Shown piece by piece: positions 41,149 to 51,142 of a DNA stretch of 62,084 bases. Made by a program: the position numbers and the translations under genes. The stretch's first letter is position 1. The number at the start of each line of letters is the position of its first letter. The DNA comes from Eubacteriales bacterium (GTDB lineage Bacteria > Bacillota > Clostridia > Oscillospirales > CAG-272): assembly GCA_045656445.1 (NCBI GenBank), contig JAZORD010000018.1, positions 1-62,084 on the forward strand, written 5' to 3'. Under the pieces are notes generated by a model, which was given only the letters and a program-made list of their open reading frames with translations, was not told the DNA's origin and did not search any database.

Positions 41149-42443
41149 TCTCGAATCTCCTTTTCCTGAGGAGCAGAAAGAGCGCTGTATCCGCCGAGTT
41201 TAAGAATTTCCGCAAAAATTTTGTCGGTTGCCGCCTTGTATTCTTCGGCACCGCCGGAAGAAAATCCAAGCGACGAGTTCTTTATAGGTTTGCCGAAAAT
41301 TATCTCAATTTTACGGAGAAAAGCATACTTATTTCCCTTGGTTTTTATAAATACAGGAAGGATATCGCTTTCGGATTTGTAGGCAATAAGAGCAGCTCCG
41401 TTTTTCGTTGGCGTGGTGTTTGGATCAACGCCCGGATAACGGTGGCCCTGTGGGAATATTGCAACGTTAAGTCCTGCTTTTGCAAGGTTTACAGAGGTTT
41501 TTATAGCGGCAACGTCACTGCCGCCGCGGTCCAACTTGATTGCACCGAGTTTCTTAATCAGCCATCCTAAAACAGGCACGGAAAAAAGCTCTTTTTTAGC
41601 AACAAAGCGTATTTGCGCAGGGTGCGCTGCTCCGAGTAGGATAACGTCCTTTGCGGCGATGTGATTAGCGCATATAATATAACCCTTTTCTTTGTCTACG
41701 TTTTCAAGTCCGCTTACCTTTATTCTCTGAAAAAAACGGATAATCGGTGCTATCCAAGAGTGGAGCTTAAGATAGAAGTTTTTTTTTTGCTTATTTATAA
41801 TTTTGATTATAGCTTTCTTTGTTTGTTCAAGGTCGAGCTTAGAGTTGTCAAGCAGCACAGAATCTTCCGCCGGAACGCAGGGAGCAAGGGCGCGGGTCGA
41901 GTCGTTTTTATCCCTTTCGACCATTTCATTATATACCTGCTCGTAGGATATCTCCTGACCCTTAGCCAGAAGCTCGTCGTATCTGCGCTTTGCTCTCGCC
42001 TCCGGAGATGCGGTTAAAAATATTTTGACCTCAGCGTAGGGAAGTATGACGGTTCCTATATCTCTGCCGTCCATTATAACGCTGTTATCTCTTGCTATAT
42101 TGCGCTGAGTGTTGAGAAGAAATTCGCGAACCTCTTTAATTGCGCTGACCGCAGAAGCTGCCATTGAAATTTCGGGAGTTCTTATGCTTTCGCCTACGTC
42201 CTTTCCGTCAAGGAGTATAACCTGCTTTCCATCAAGAAATTTTAGTTCAAGAGTAAAATTTTTAAGCTGAGCTACCACGGCTTCGGTGTCCTTGGGGTCT
42301 ACGCCGTTTTTAAGCATATGAAGAGCTATGGTTCTGTAAAGAGCACCGGTATCAACGTAAATTATTCCAAGCTCCTTGGCTACAGCCTTTGCAACGCTGG
42401 ATTTTCCTGCTCCACCGGGGCCGTCTACTGCAATTCTTAACAT
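41145..42443 (-). CDS. cmk: Cytidylate kinase-lysophospholipid acyltransferase (Cmk-PlsC) fusion
   Basis: DGPGGAGKS, DTGALYR, DGRDIGT; C-terminal NHIAAKD (HxxxxD), FVAKKEL, FPQGHR. Confidence 0.9.
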   Translation of the reverse strand: MLRIAVDGPGGAGKSSVAKAVAKELGIIYVDTGALYRTIALHMLKNGVDPKDTEAVVAQLKNFTLELKFLDGKQVILLDGKDVGESIRTPEISMAASAVSAIKEVREFLLNTQRNIARDNSVIMDGRDIGTVILPYAEVKIFLTASPEARAKRRYDELLAKGQEISYEQVYNEMVERDKNDSTRALAPCVPAEDSVLLDNSKLDLEQTKKAIIKIINKQKKNFYLKLHSWIAPIIRFFQRIKVSGLENVDKEKGYIICANHIAAKDVILLGAAHPAQIRFVAKKELFSVPVLGWLIKKLGAIKLDRGGSDVAAIKTSVNLAKAGLNVAIFPQGHRYPGVDPNTTPTKNGAALIAYKSESDILPVFIKTKGNKYAFLRKIEIIFGKPIKNSSLGFSSGGAEEYKAATDKIFAEILKLGGYSALSAPQEKEIRD

Positions 42444-42472
42444 ATTTATAACCCTTTCGTTATGTTGTGTTT

Positions 42473-43705
42473 TTATTCTGCCGCGCATTTTCCTGCCAAA
42501 TATCCGGTCGAGAATGCTATTTGTAAATTAAATCCGCCGGTGTAGGCATCAACGTCAATAATCTCTCCGGCAAAGTAAAGCTGCGGCACTATTTTGGACT
42601 CCATATTTTTTGGAGAAATCTCTTTGGTATCAATTCCCCCCGAGGTGATTATTGCTTCCTCAATAGGACGGAAGCGGTAGAGAGGAATTTCAAAATTTTT
42701 GAGGGTGTGAAGAATTTTTCGCCTTTCTTCCTTCGTTATTGAGTTTACTTTCTTTCGTCCGTCAATTCCCGTAAGCTGAATGAAGGGAGAAATCATTTTC
42801 GCGGGAAGAAGTGAATTGAGAGAATTTATAAAATCCTTATTGCTATTCTCGGAAAAATCCGAAAGCAGTCTGTGGTCGAGCGTTCTTTCATCAAGCGCCG
42901 GCTTAAGGTCTATTGACAAAACGAGCTTTGATATATCAACTCCCCTTAGATGCGCTGAAGCCGATAAAATAACGGGTCCTGTAACTCCAAAATGAGAAAA
43001 CATCATCTCTCCGAAATCGGTATACAGAAAATTTTCGCTATTATCCTTTACAGTGATAGCTACGTTTTTTAGTGATAAGCCCTGCATATCAGGGCATAGA
43101 CGGGACTTGCTTTCTATCGGTATTAATGATGGAATAAGCTCGGTTACCTTATGACCAAGGCTCATTGCAAGTCGATATCCCGATCCATCAGAGCCGGTAA
43201 GGGGATAGGAGCGACCGCCGGTTGCAAGAATTATCGCGTCAAACGAGTAGCTTTTACTTTTTGCCGTAACAGTAAAGCTGCCGTCCTCTTCCTTCCTTAT
43301 TCCTGTAACCTTGTGGTATATAACGGTAGCGCCGGACGCGTATTTTTTCATGGCCTCCACTATATCCTTTGCCTTGTCGCTTTCGGGATATACGCGGCAG
43401 CCCCTCTCGGTTTTTAGCTTAACTCCAAGATTTTCAAAAAAATCAATAGTGTCCGTTGGGGTGAGGGCATTTAGCGCTGCGTAAAGGAAACGTGGATTTT
43501 TTGTCACGTTTTCAAGAAAATCCTGAACGTTGCAGTTATTCGTTACGTTACATCTGCCTTTTCCGGTTATTGCGAGTTTTTTTCCAAGTCTGTCGGTGTT
43601 TTCAAAAACCGTAACCTCAGCGCCGTAGAGCATAGCCGTGCCCGCCGCCATCATTCCGGCAGCTCCTCCTCCGACTACGCATATTCTTTTGTTAGCTTGC
43701 TTCAT
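42473..43705 (-). CDS. HI0933/YhiN (BaiN) family flavoprotein
   Basis: GGGAAGMMAA, GKKLAITGKGRCNVTN, ATGGRSYP, TGGFNLQIA. Confidence 0.92.
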   Translation of the reverse strand: MKQANKRICVVGGGAAGMMAAGTAMLYGAEVTVFENTDRLGKKLAITGKGRCNVTNNCNVQDFLENVTKNPRFLYAALNALTPTDTIDFFENLGVKLKTERGCRVYPESDKAKDIVEAMKKYASGATVIYHKVTGIRKEEDGSFTVTAKSKSYSFDAIILATGGRSYPLTGSDGSGYRLAMSLGHKVTELIPSLIPIESKSRLCPDMQGLSLKNVAITVKDNSENFLYTDFGEMMFSHFGVTGPVILSASAHLRGVDISKLVLSIDLKPALDERTLDHRLLSDFSENSNKDFINSLNSLLPAKMISPFIQLTGIDGRKKVNSITKEERRKILHTLKNFEIPLYRFRPIEEAIITSGGIDTKEISPKNMESKIVPQLYFAGEIIDVDAYTGGFNLQIAFSTGYLAGKCAAE

Positions 43706-44562
43706 CAGTGCTTGGTGTAAACGTCATATTCGTCCCAAACCTTTTCAAGCCGGTCGAATCTTTCAGTTATCTCCTTTTCACAACGTCTGGTTATTTCAAC
43801 GATTATAGCGTTGATTATGCTTATGGGGGCAACAAGCGAGTCCATAAAGGATGCCATATCCGATTGAGCTGTAATAAGGCTTGTCGCATACTCCGCAAGC
43901 GGAGAAATCTCCGAGTCGGTAAACACCACGACCCTTGAGCCGTTTTGCCTTGCGTATTTCACTGCGCTTACCATTTTTGATGAATATCTTGGAAAAGAAA
44001 AAGCAACAAGAACATCGTCCTCAGAAATGGAGAACATCTGCTCAAACACCTCAGCTGTGGATGTCGGCTGAACGAATTTTACGTTATCCATTATCAACGA
44101 CAGGTTGTATTTTAAAACGAGAGCCAAGGATTCCGAGCTTCTTGCTCCCATAACATATACGTTTTTTGCAGAAAGTATGGAATCAACCGCTCCGAAAAAG
44201 ATATCTCGGTCGATACGGTCAAGAGTATAGCGTATTTTGTTTATATCCGATTCCATAACCTTTTCTATTATGTCGCCTGAGCCCAATCTTTGCTTTGTGA
44301 CTTCAATTCTCTGGTTAGGCGTTAGCTTGGTACGGACAAGCTCCTGAACAGCTCTCTGAAACTCGGAATATCCCTCAAAACCAAGCTCGTTTGCAAATCT
44401 GACTACTGTGGATTCTGAAACTCCGACTAAAGCACCGAGCTTTGAAGCGGTCATATACGCCGCCTTATCATAGTCGTTAAGAATTGCGTTAGCTATTTTT
44501 TTCTGCCCCTTTGAAAAGGTTGAATATAAATTTTTTATGCGATGCGAGATATCAGATGCCAT
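43705..44562 (-). CDS. RpiR/MurR family transcriptional regulator
   Basis: VSESTVVRFA..LGFEGY HTH; SIS domain SFPRYS. Confidence 0.92.
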   Translation of the reverse strand: MASDISHRIKNLYSTFSKGQKKIANAILNDYDKAAYMTASKLGALVGVSESTVVRFANELGFEGYSEFQRAVQELVRTKLTPNQRIEVTKQRLGSGDIIEKVMESDINKIRYTLDRIDRDIFFGAVDSILSAKNVYVMGARSSESLALVLKYNLSLIMDNVKFVQPTSTAEVFEQMFSISEDDVLVAFSFPRYSSKMVSAVKYARQNGSRVVVFTDSEISPLAEYATSLITAQSDMASFMDSLVAPISIINAIIVEITRRCEKEITERFDRLEKVWDEYDVYTKH

Positions 44563-44605
44563 AAAACCTCCAAGCGACGTACGCAGCATAAACGTTAATA
44601 AAACT

Positions 44606-44667
44606 ATTATAACATACAGGGTAAATCAATACAAGGCTTTTTGAAAATTATGAAGGAGAAACCTTCA
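44606..44667 (-). promoter_or_regulatory. rpiR promoter and upstream palindrome
   Basis: TTGTAT-N17-TATAAT; TGAAGG-N5-CCTTCA at 44651-44667. Confidence 0.5.
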
Positions 44668-44738
44668 AAAAACATTAAAATGAATGTTAATATGTCAAAA
44701 GCGGTCTTCAACGAGTGAAAACCGCTTATAATTTCAAT

Positions 44739-46181
44739 TTATAGTCTGTCGATAGCCGCTTTAATTCTTGCGATGCTTTCATCCTTTCCGATAACTTCCA
44801 TAATTTCGGTAGCTCCGCCCGGTGTAGCTGCCATACCGGAAACGGCAATTCTGATGCACCACATCAATGTACCGGTTTTTATTTCAAGCTTTTCTGCAAT
44901 AGGAAGCAGAGAAGAAAACAAGGTGTCATTATCGTAGCTGTTGACTGCTAGAAGAACATCGAGAGCTTCACAAAGAACGGTTTTGACGGTACTAAATTCG
45001 GAAATTTTATTTTTCTTATTCAAAAACAGTTCGTTCTCATATTCGGGAATCGAAATGAAAAATGCCATTTTCTCATCAATCTCCGAAAGTTTCGATATTC
45101 TTGTTTTTAGAAGCAAAAACATTTTATCGCGGTTGATGTTTGCGGGAATTTGTGTTTTGATAAACGGCGCAACCAGATTTTTAAAGGCATCGTCATCAAG
45201 CTTGTGGATATATTCACCGTTAAACCAAAGTAGCTTTTCAAAATCAAACACAGCGGGAGATTTGGAAACACCGTCAACGGTAAATGCCGCCTTAAGCTCC
45301 TCGAGGGTGAAAAATTCGGTTTCGCTGTTCTTGGGGCACCAGCCGAGCAGGGCAATATAATTAGTTATTGCCTCAGGTAGATATCCGTCTGCAACAAGGT
45401 CCTGAAATGAAACTGCGCCGTGACGCTTTGATAGCTTTGAGATGCTTCCGTCTGCACTCTTACCCATAAGGAGCGGAAGATGAACGTAATTCGGTCTTTC
45501 CCAACCGAAAGCGTCGTAAAGCAAAACGTATTTAGGAGTTGATGTGAGATATTCAGAACCCCTTACAACGTGAGTGACGCCCATAAGATAGTCGTCGACT
45601 ACGTGGCAGAAGTTATACGTGGGATATCCGTCAGCCTTCATAAGTATCTGATCCTGTAATTCGGAGTTGTTCATAGAAATCTCTCCAAAAACACAGTCGG
45701 TATAGGAGGTAACGCCATCAAGCGGCATTTTCTGACGTATAACGAAAGGAACTCCTGCCTTAAGTTTTACCTCTACCTCTTCTTTTGAAAGGTTGCGGCA
45801 GTGTCTGTCGTATCCACCGGTAGAATCCTCCTCGTGCAGCTTCTCAAGTCTTTCTTTAGTGCAAAAGCAATAATAGGCAGCTCCAAGCTCAACGAGTTTT
45901 TTTGCGTATTCCATATATATTTCTTTGCGTTCGCTCTGAACGTAGGGTCCATTGTCACCGCCAACGTCAGGTCCCTCATCATAATTAAGACCGGTGGTTT
46001 TTAGGGTTGATATTATTACGTCGGTTGCGCCTTCGACAAGACGCTCACGGTCGGTGTCTTCAATTCGCAATATGAATTTGCCGTTATCATGCTTTGAAAT
46101 AAGAAAAGAGTATAGCGCAGTTCTTAGGTTTCCAATATGCATATAACCTGTGGGGCTGGGAGCAAATCTTGTAACTATCAT
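44739..46181 (-). CDS. gltX: Glutamate--tRNA ligase
   Basis: RFAPSPTG, HIGN, RIEDTD, KLSKR. Confidence 0.98.
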   Translation of the reverse strand: MIVTRFAPSPTGYMHIGNLRTALYSFLISKHDNGKFILRIEDTDRERLVEGATDVIISTLKTTGLNYDEGPDVGGDNGPYVQSERKEIYMEYAKKLVELGAAYYCFCTKERLEKLHEEDSTGGYDRHCRNLSKEEVEVKLKAGVPFVIRQKMPLDGVTSYTDCVFGEISMNNSELQDQILMKADGYPTYNFCHVVDDYLMGVTHVVRGSEYLTSTPKYVLLYDAFGWERPNYVHLPLLMGKSADGSISKLSKRHGAVSFQDLVADGYLPEAITNYIALLGWCPKNSETEFFTLEELKAAFTVDGVSKSPAVFDFEKLLWFNGEYIHKLDDDAFKNLVAPFIKTQIPANINRDKMFLLLKTRISKLSEIDEKMAFFISIPEYENELFLNKKNKISEFSTVKTVLCEALDVLLAVNSYDNDTLFSSLLPIAEKLEIKTGTLMWCIRIAVSGMAATPGGATEIMEVIGKDESIARIKAAIDRL

Positions 46182-46338
46182 TTTGTTTTCATCCTTTTTA
46201 ACAGTAAAATGCTTATATAGCGACATTCATTTTAACATAAAATTTAAATTTAGTCAATCTAATTGAGAAAAAATATTTGACACAGGGTGATAAAATATAG
46301 TACAATAGCTACAGTAACGTATCGAGGTACACAATATT

Positions 46339-47823
46339 ATGTTTAAAAGTACTTTTTCAAAATATCTAGCTGCGTTTGTTCTTATAATTCTGGTTAGCTT
46401 TTTGATGCTGTCCGGCATCATAACGTCAATGATTCAGGAATATGCAAACGAGGATAAGGAGCACAGCCTTATTTCATCAAGTAACGCTATTGCCGAGCAC
46501 GTTATGGATAAAAAAATTGAAAATGTGAGTGAATATATTGACACGCTATCAGTAGCCGTCACTCCGATAATCAACCTTGATTCGAATCTTAACGTGATTA
46601 TAACCGACAAAAACGGAAAAATATTTCTTTCTACCATATATTCCGAGCTTGACGAAGACGGTGTTAAAAAGCCGGTAATCAGCGAAAATCTTGGAACGGT
46701 TGATATGTCGCTCTTTTTTGAAAAAGCCGACGCAGACGGTGAGCCTTATCTGATTCACAGCGGAACGTTAGCCGGCTTTCTTAAGGAAAGGCATATAGTT
46801 TGTGCAAAGCAGATAGTAACAGGGGGGATAGTACGCGGATACGTGGTTACCCTCTCCTCTATGGCGGAGGAGGACAACCTTATAAGTATAACCCGAAGAG
46901 CAGTGATAAACAGCTCTGCTTGGGTTATGCTTGCTGCGGTAATTGCGGTTTATTTCATTACCGAAAGAATAATTCAGCCGCTCCGTAATATGACAGTAGC
47001 CTCTAAAAGATTTGCAAAAGGAGATTTTGAAACTAGGGTCACAGTTTACGGTGAGGATGAGGTTTCCGAGCTTGGAAATGCTTTCAACAATATGGCTGAA
47101 TCGCTTGAAAACCTTGAAAAAATGCGCAACTCCTTTTTAGCAAGCGTATCTCACGACCTAAGAACGCCGATGACTACCATATCCGGATTTATTGACGGAA
47201 TTACCTCCGGTGCTATTCCGGAGGAAAAGCACGAGTATTACCTTGGAGTTATATCTGCAGAGGTGCACCGTCTTTCGCGTCTTGTGTCGCAGATACTTGA
47301 CGTTTCGAGGCTTGAGTCTGGAGATAGAAAATTTAACTTTTCTGATTTTGACGTTGCAGAGGTTGCCCGTATTATCCTCATATCCTTCGAACAAAAGATA
47401 GATGGAAAGCGCCTTGAGGTTGAATTTGATGCGGAAAACGATGAAATGCCGGTACATGCGGATAAGGACGCCGTATATCAGGTAATTTATAACCTTTGCC
47501 ATAACGCTATTAAATTTTCAAACGAGGGCGGACGCTTCGTTATAAAAATTTCAAGGGCAGAGAATAAAAAAATAAGAATATCAGTCTTTGATGAGGGGCA
47601 GGTTATTCCGCGCGAGGATATTCCTATGATTTTCGAGCGATTCTATAAGAGCGATAAAAGCCGGGGGCTTGATAAAAGCGGTGTTGGTCTCGGTCTTTAT
47701 ATATGCAAAACTATCATTGACGCTCACGGCGAAAACATATACGTCGAATCCGAGGAAGGCAAGGGAACGGAATTTTATTTCACGCTTAAAGAAGGCGAAT
47801 CTCAAAAAAGAAAGAGTATATAG
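46339..47823 (+). CDS. HAMP-domain sensor histidine kinase (orphan)
   Basis: Two TMs, HAMP, SHDLRTP, NAIKF, FERFYK, GVGLGL; TTGACA-N18-TACAAT promoter at 46277-46306. Confidence 0.93.
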   Translation: MFKSTFSKYLAAFVLIILVSFLMLSGIITSMIQEYANEDKEHSLISSSNAIAEHVMDKKIENVSEYIDTLSVAVTPIINLDSNLNVIITDKNGKIFLSTIYSELDEDGVKKPVISENLGTVDMSLFFEKADADGEPYLIHSGTLAGFLKERHIVCAKQIVTGGIVRGYVVTLSSMAEEDNLISITRRAVINSSAWVMLAAVIAVYFITERIIQPLRNMTVASKRFAKGDFETRVTVYGEDEVSELGNAFNNMAESLENLEKMRNSFLASVSHDLRTPMTTISGFIDGITSGAIPEEKHEYYLGVISAEVHRLSRLVSQILDVSRLESGDRKFNFSDFDVAEVARIILISFEQKIDGKRLEVEFDAENDEMPVHADKDAVYQVIYNLCHNAIKFSNEGGRFVIKISRAENKKIRISVFDEGQVIPREDIPMIFERFYKSDKSRGLDKSGVGLGLYICKTIIDAHGENIYVESEEGKGTEFYFTLKEGESQKRKSI

Positions 47824-47864
47824 GATAAAAGCGGAGATTTGATTATTTTCGGGAGGAGGAATAA

Positions 47865-49088
47865 ATGTCAAGAGTAATACTGCATTGTGACTGCAACAGT
47901 TTTTTTGCGTCGGTTGAAACCGTTCTGAATCCAGAATATAAAAACGTTCCAATGGCAGTTTGCGGTAGCCAGTCTGATAGACACGGTATTGTTTTGGCAA
48001 AAAATGAGCTTGCCAAAAAATATAATATTGCAACTGCCGAGACAGTATATTCCGCCAAGAAAAAATGCCCCGGGCTTGTTATCGCAAAGCCACACTATGA
48101 TGAATATACAAAGTTTTCGAAAATGGCGAACGCGATATACGCTAAATATACTGACGTTATAGAGCCGTTTGGAATAGACGAGAGCTGGCTTGACGTTTCG
48201 GCGAGCCAAAAACTGTTCGGCTCGGGTCTTGAGATAGCCGAGTCGATAAGGCGAGAGGTCAAGGAGAGTCTTGGAATAACCGTATCTGTCGGAGTTTCCT
48301 TCAATAAGGTTTTTGCAAAGCTCGGAAGTGACTACAAAAAGCCTGACGCTGTAACCGTTATTGATCAAACAAATTTTAAAGATATCGTATTTCCGCTTCC
48401 GGTTTCGGATTTGTTATTCGTAGGCAAAAAAACCGAACGCGCGCTTATGACGATGGGAATAAGAACCATAGGTGAGCTTGCGGCAACAAGCAGGGAAATG
48501 CTAAATTTACGTTTTGGTAAAATGGGTCAGATGCTTTATAAATACGCTAATGGACTTGATGACTCTCCGGTTGCCGCTTCTGCAGAGGATGCAAAAAGCA
48601 TAAGCAACGGTTTTACCTTCAGACACGATCTCGTAGGACGAGATGATTGCCGCGTAGGAATAGAATATTTATCTGAGGAAATCGGAAGACGGCTAAGGGA
48701 AAACGGCCAGATTTGTTCAACTGTGGTTCTTACTATCAAGGATGAATATTTACGCTCTATACAGCGTCAGAAGCCGCAAAATCCGCCAACAGATATTTCA
48801 AGTGAGATAGCAAAGACGGCTTATGAGATACTCATTGAGGGGTGGAGCTCCGAAAAGCCTGTCAGAATGATAACCGTTGCCGCAACGAATCTCCTTCGTC
48901 GAGATATGTTGGTGGACCAGATATCTTTTTTTGACAATACGGGAAAAACTCTACGTGAGAAAAGCAAAAAAAGAGAAACTGCCGTAGATAAAATACGGCA
49001 GAAATATGGAAGTGATGCTATTTTAAGAGGCGCTGTAATAGACAGCGATATAGGAATATACGACTCTAAAAAGAATAAAAAGCAATAG
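47865..49088 (+). CDS. dinB: DNA polymerase IV (Y family)
   Basis: LHCDCNSFFASVE, GIDESWLD, AKLGSDYKKPD. Confidence 0.93.
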   Translation: MSRVILHCDCNSFFASVETVLNPEYKNVPMAVCGSQSDRHGIVLAKNELAKKYNIATAETVYSAKKKCPGLVIAKPHYDEYTKFSKMANAIYAKYTDVIEPFGIDESWLDVSASQKLFGSGLEIAESIRREVKESLGITVSVGVSFNKVFAKLGSDYKKPDAVTVIDQTNFKDIVFPLPVSDLLFVGKKTERALMTMGIRTIGELAATSREMLNLRFGKMGQMLYKYANGLDDSPVAASAEDAKSISNGFTFRHDLVGRDDCRVGIEYLSEEIGRRLRENGQICSTVVLTIKDEYLRSIQRQKPQNPPTDISSEIAKTAYEILIEGWSSEKPVRMITVAATNLLRRDMLVDQISFFDNTGKTLREKSKKRETAVDKIRQKYGSDAILRGAVIDSDIGIYDSKKNKKQ

Positions 49089-49089
49089 A

Positions 49090-49941
49090 TTAGGATTTGA
49101 ACTCCTCGAGAAGAGTCATTCTTTTTGTTGAATACAAATATGCGTTCTCGTAATTATAGAGCTGCTTATATGAATATTCGAGATCGGTATATATACTGAA
49201 AATGACAAATGCGTTATAGCTCTCATTTTTTGATAGTTCTGCAGCGCTCAGCAGTCTTTTAACAGCCTCGGTATAATTCCTTTCTTTGATAAGCGCTTTA
49301 GCCTCCATATGAAGCCTGTAAACCGGTGCCTCGAAGGTGTGTGTATGATCCATTGTAAGATAGCAGAAAAACTCAAAATCCATACCTTCGTTAAGTGCGC
49401 TTTTATATTTTCGGTAATCAAATTCGAGAAGCGGAGCTTGGACGTTTTTTGCGATTGCGACGTATATTGGAATCTGCGCCTCAATATGTAGAGTATTAAT
49501 TTTCGTATTCTCGCAGCATAAGGAGGATGCATTAAGATTTTTAAGCGCCGACACAAGCGAGCCGTTAGCTACGTTTTTCTTACCAAGCTCAAGATAAGAG
49601 CAGGCAAGTATGTAGTTGAGCTCACTGTCCTTTGCAACAAGTGAGTTAATTATATTAATGCAGGCTGTGAAGTTTTTTGCTTCGTACGCGCGATATATCT
49701 TTTCTATCTTTTCTTTCTTTTGGTAGAAGAAAAGGTCTTCGTCTTCAGATATGAGATAGGAAACAGGAACACCAAGACCCTTTGCAATATGCTCAAGACT
49801 GTCTAACGATGGGGATGCCGTGCCGTTTTCTATGCTGCTTAGCATATTTCTCGTTATTTTATTGCCTGCAATAGCCAACTGTGTAAGTCCCTTTGCTTTT
49901 CGCAAGGCCTTTATTTTTTTTCCTAAATTAGCTTTTATCAT
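49090..49941 (-). CDS. XRE-HTH regulator with TPR-like helical C-terminus
   Basis: IKALRKAKGLTQ...LSSIENG..SPSL..L..IA..LGV; helical repeats with Y..A / LG patterns. Confidence 0.8.
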   Translation of the reverse strand: MIKANLGKKIKALRKAKGLTQLAIAGNKITRNMLSSIENGTASPSLDSLEHIAKGLGVPVSYLISEDEDLFFYQKKEKIEKIYRAYEAKNFTACINIINSLVAKDSELNYILACSYLELGKKNVANGSLVSALKNLNASSLCCENTKINTLHIEAQIPIYVAIAKNVQAPLLEFDYRKYKSALNEGMDFEFFCYLTMDHTHTFEAPVYRLHMEAKALIKERNYTEAVKRLLSAAELSKNESYNAFVIFSIYTDLEYSYKQLYNYENAYLYSTKRMTLLEEFKS

Positions 49942-49947
49942 AATTTA

Positions 49948-50991
49948 TTACTCTTCATCAAAGGCGCTCTGCCTTTTTCTTGTGATTTTTATATCTGCAA
50001 GCGGATTATTTCCCATTGCCTCTTCAAGATTTCTGTCAACGACATGTGTGTATATCTGAGTGGTGTTGAGCTGCTCGTGTCCGAGTATATCCTTAAGTAC
50101 TCTAATATCAACCTTTCCGGTTTGATACATCAGCGTTGCCGCAGTATGTCTTAGCTTATGAACGGAGAGCCCTCGCGCACCGAGTCCGGCGATATCCAGA
50201 TATTTATACACCACCCACTGAACAGTTTTAGCTGAGATTCTGGTTTGCCGTCCGCTTAGAAAAAAGGCACTGTCCTCGGTCCTTATGTAGCGCGGATTAA
50301 GCCGGATGCGGATATAATCGGCAACGGCACGTTTTGCGGCATCGTTTAGATAAATTATCCTCTCCTTGCTTCCTTTACCGAGAACCTTAACGGTTGTAAG
50401 TTGTGAATCAAAGCTTTCTACGTTAAGACCTACCAACTCAGAAAGACGCATACCGGTATTTAAAAATAGGGTAATTATCGCGTAATCTCTCACAATCGTT
50501 TTAGATTCCGTATCTTTTTTTACCGCTTCAAGTAAGCTGACAGCTTCATCGACCGTGAGATATTTTGGAAGGGTTTTGCTTTTTTTCGGAGCATCTACGT
50601 CTGATGTGGGGTTCGAATCAATGTAGTGCCTTTTTCCGTGCGCATAGTGAAAAAATGACTTCAATGAGCTTAGCTTTCTCATACGCGTTGTGGTGTTGTT
50701 GGCACGTTCAAACCCTGCAAACATCAGGTAATCTATGATATTTTGGGCGGAAATATCGCTTATTTCGCTTATCGTCATATCCTTAATGCTGATTTTTTCA
50801 AATTCCTCCGCATTAAGAGAAAGACCTGTGCGCCTCATCGTCATAAAACGGAAAAAGGTGCGTAAATCAAGCAGATATTCACACACGGTTTTTTCGCTGT
50901 TTCCTTTGATTACGGCAAGGTAAGACGCGTAATCGCGAAGGAACTGTGGAAAGGTCTTAAATTCTTCGCTTTTAAACGTAAGAACCGACAT
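49948..50991 (-). CDS. XerC-like tyrosine recombinase
   Basis: TGMRLSE, GKGSKER, HKLRH, LGH, TQIY (intact R-K-H-R-H-Y). Confidence 0.93.
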   Translation of the reverse strand: MSVLTFKSEEFKTFPQFLRDYASYLAVIKGNSEKTVCEYLLDLRTFFRFMTMRRTGLSLNAEEFEKISIKDMTISEISDISAQNIIDYLMFAGFERANNTTTRMRKLSSLKSFFHYAHGKRHYIDSNPTSDVDAPKKSKTLPKYLTVDEAVSLLEAVKKDTESKTIVRDYAIITLFLNTGMRLSELVGLNVESFDSQLTTVKVLGKGSKERIIYLNDAAKRAVADYIRIRLNPRYIRTEDSAFFLSGRQTRISAKTVQWVVYKYLDIAGLGARGLSVHKLRHTAATLMYQTGKVDIRVLKDILGHEQLNTTQIYTHVVDRNLEEAMGNNPLADIKITRKRQSAFDEE

Positions 50992-51142
50992 AGCGCTACC
51001 TACTTTCAATTTTGATTACACTTTTATTATACAAAATAATTTTGAACATTAGTGGATAAACTGTAAACATTTTGTTTTTCCACTTGTTTTTTTATTCTTT
51101 TATGATAAAATTATAACAAGTAAATCTGTTGAAAGGGTATTT

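Noticed and set aside
49090..49941. Cognate signalling-peptide gene for the XRE-TPR regulator
   Set aside because: There is no intergenic space (1-nt and 6-nt gaps) and no small secreted ORF adjacent
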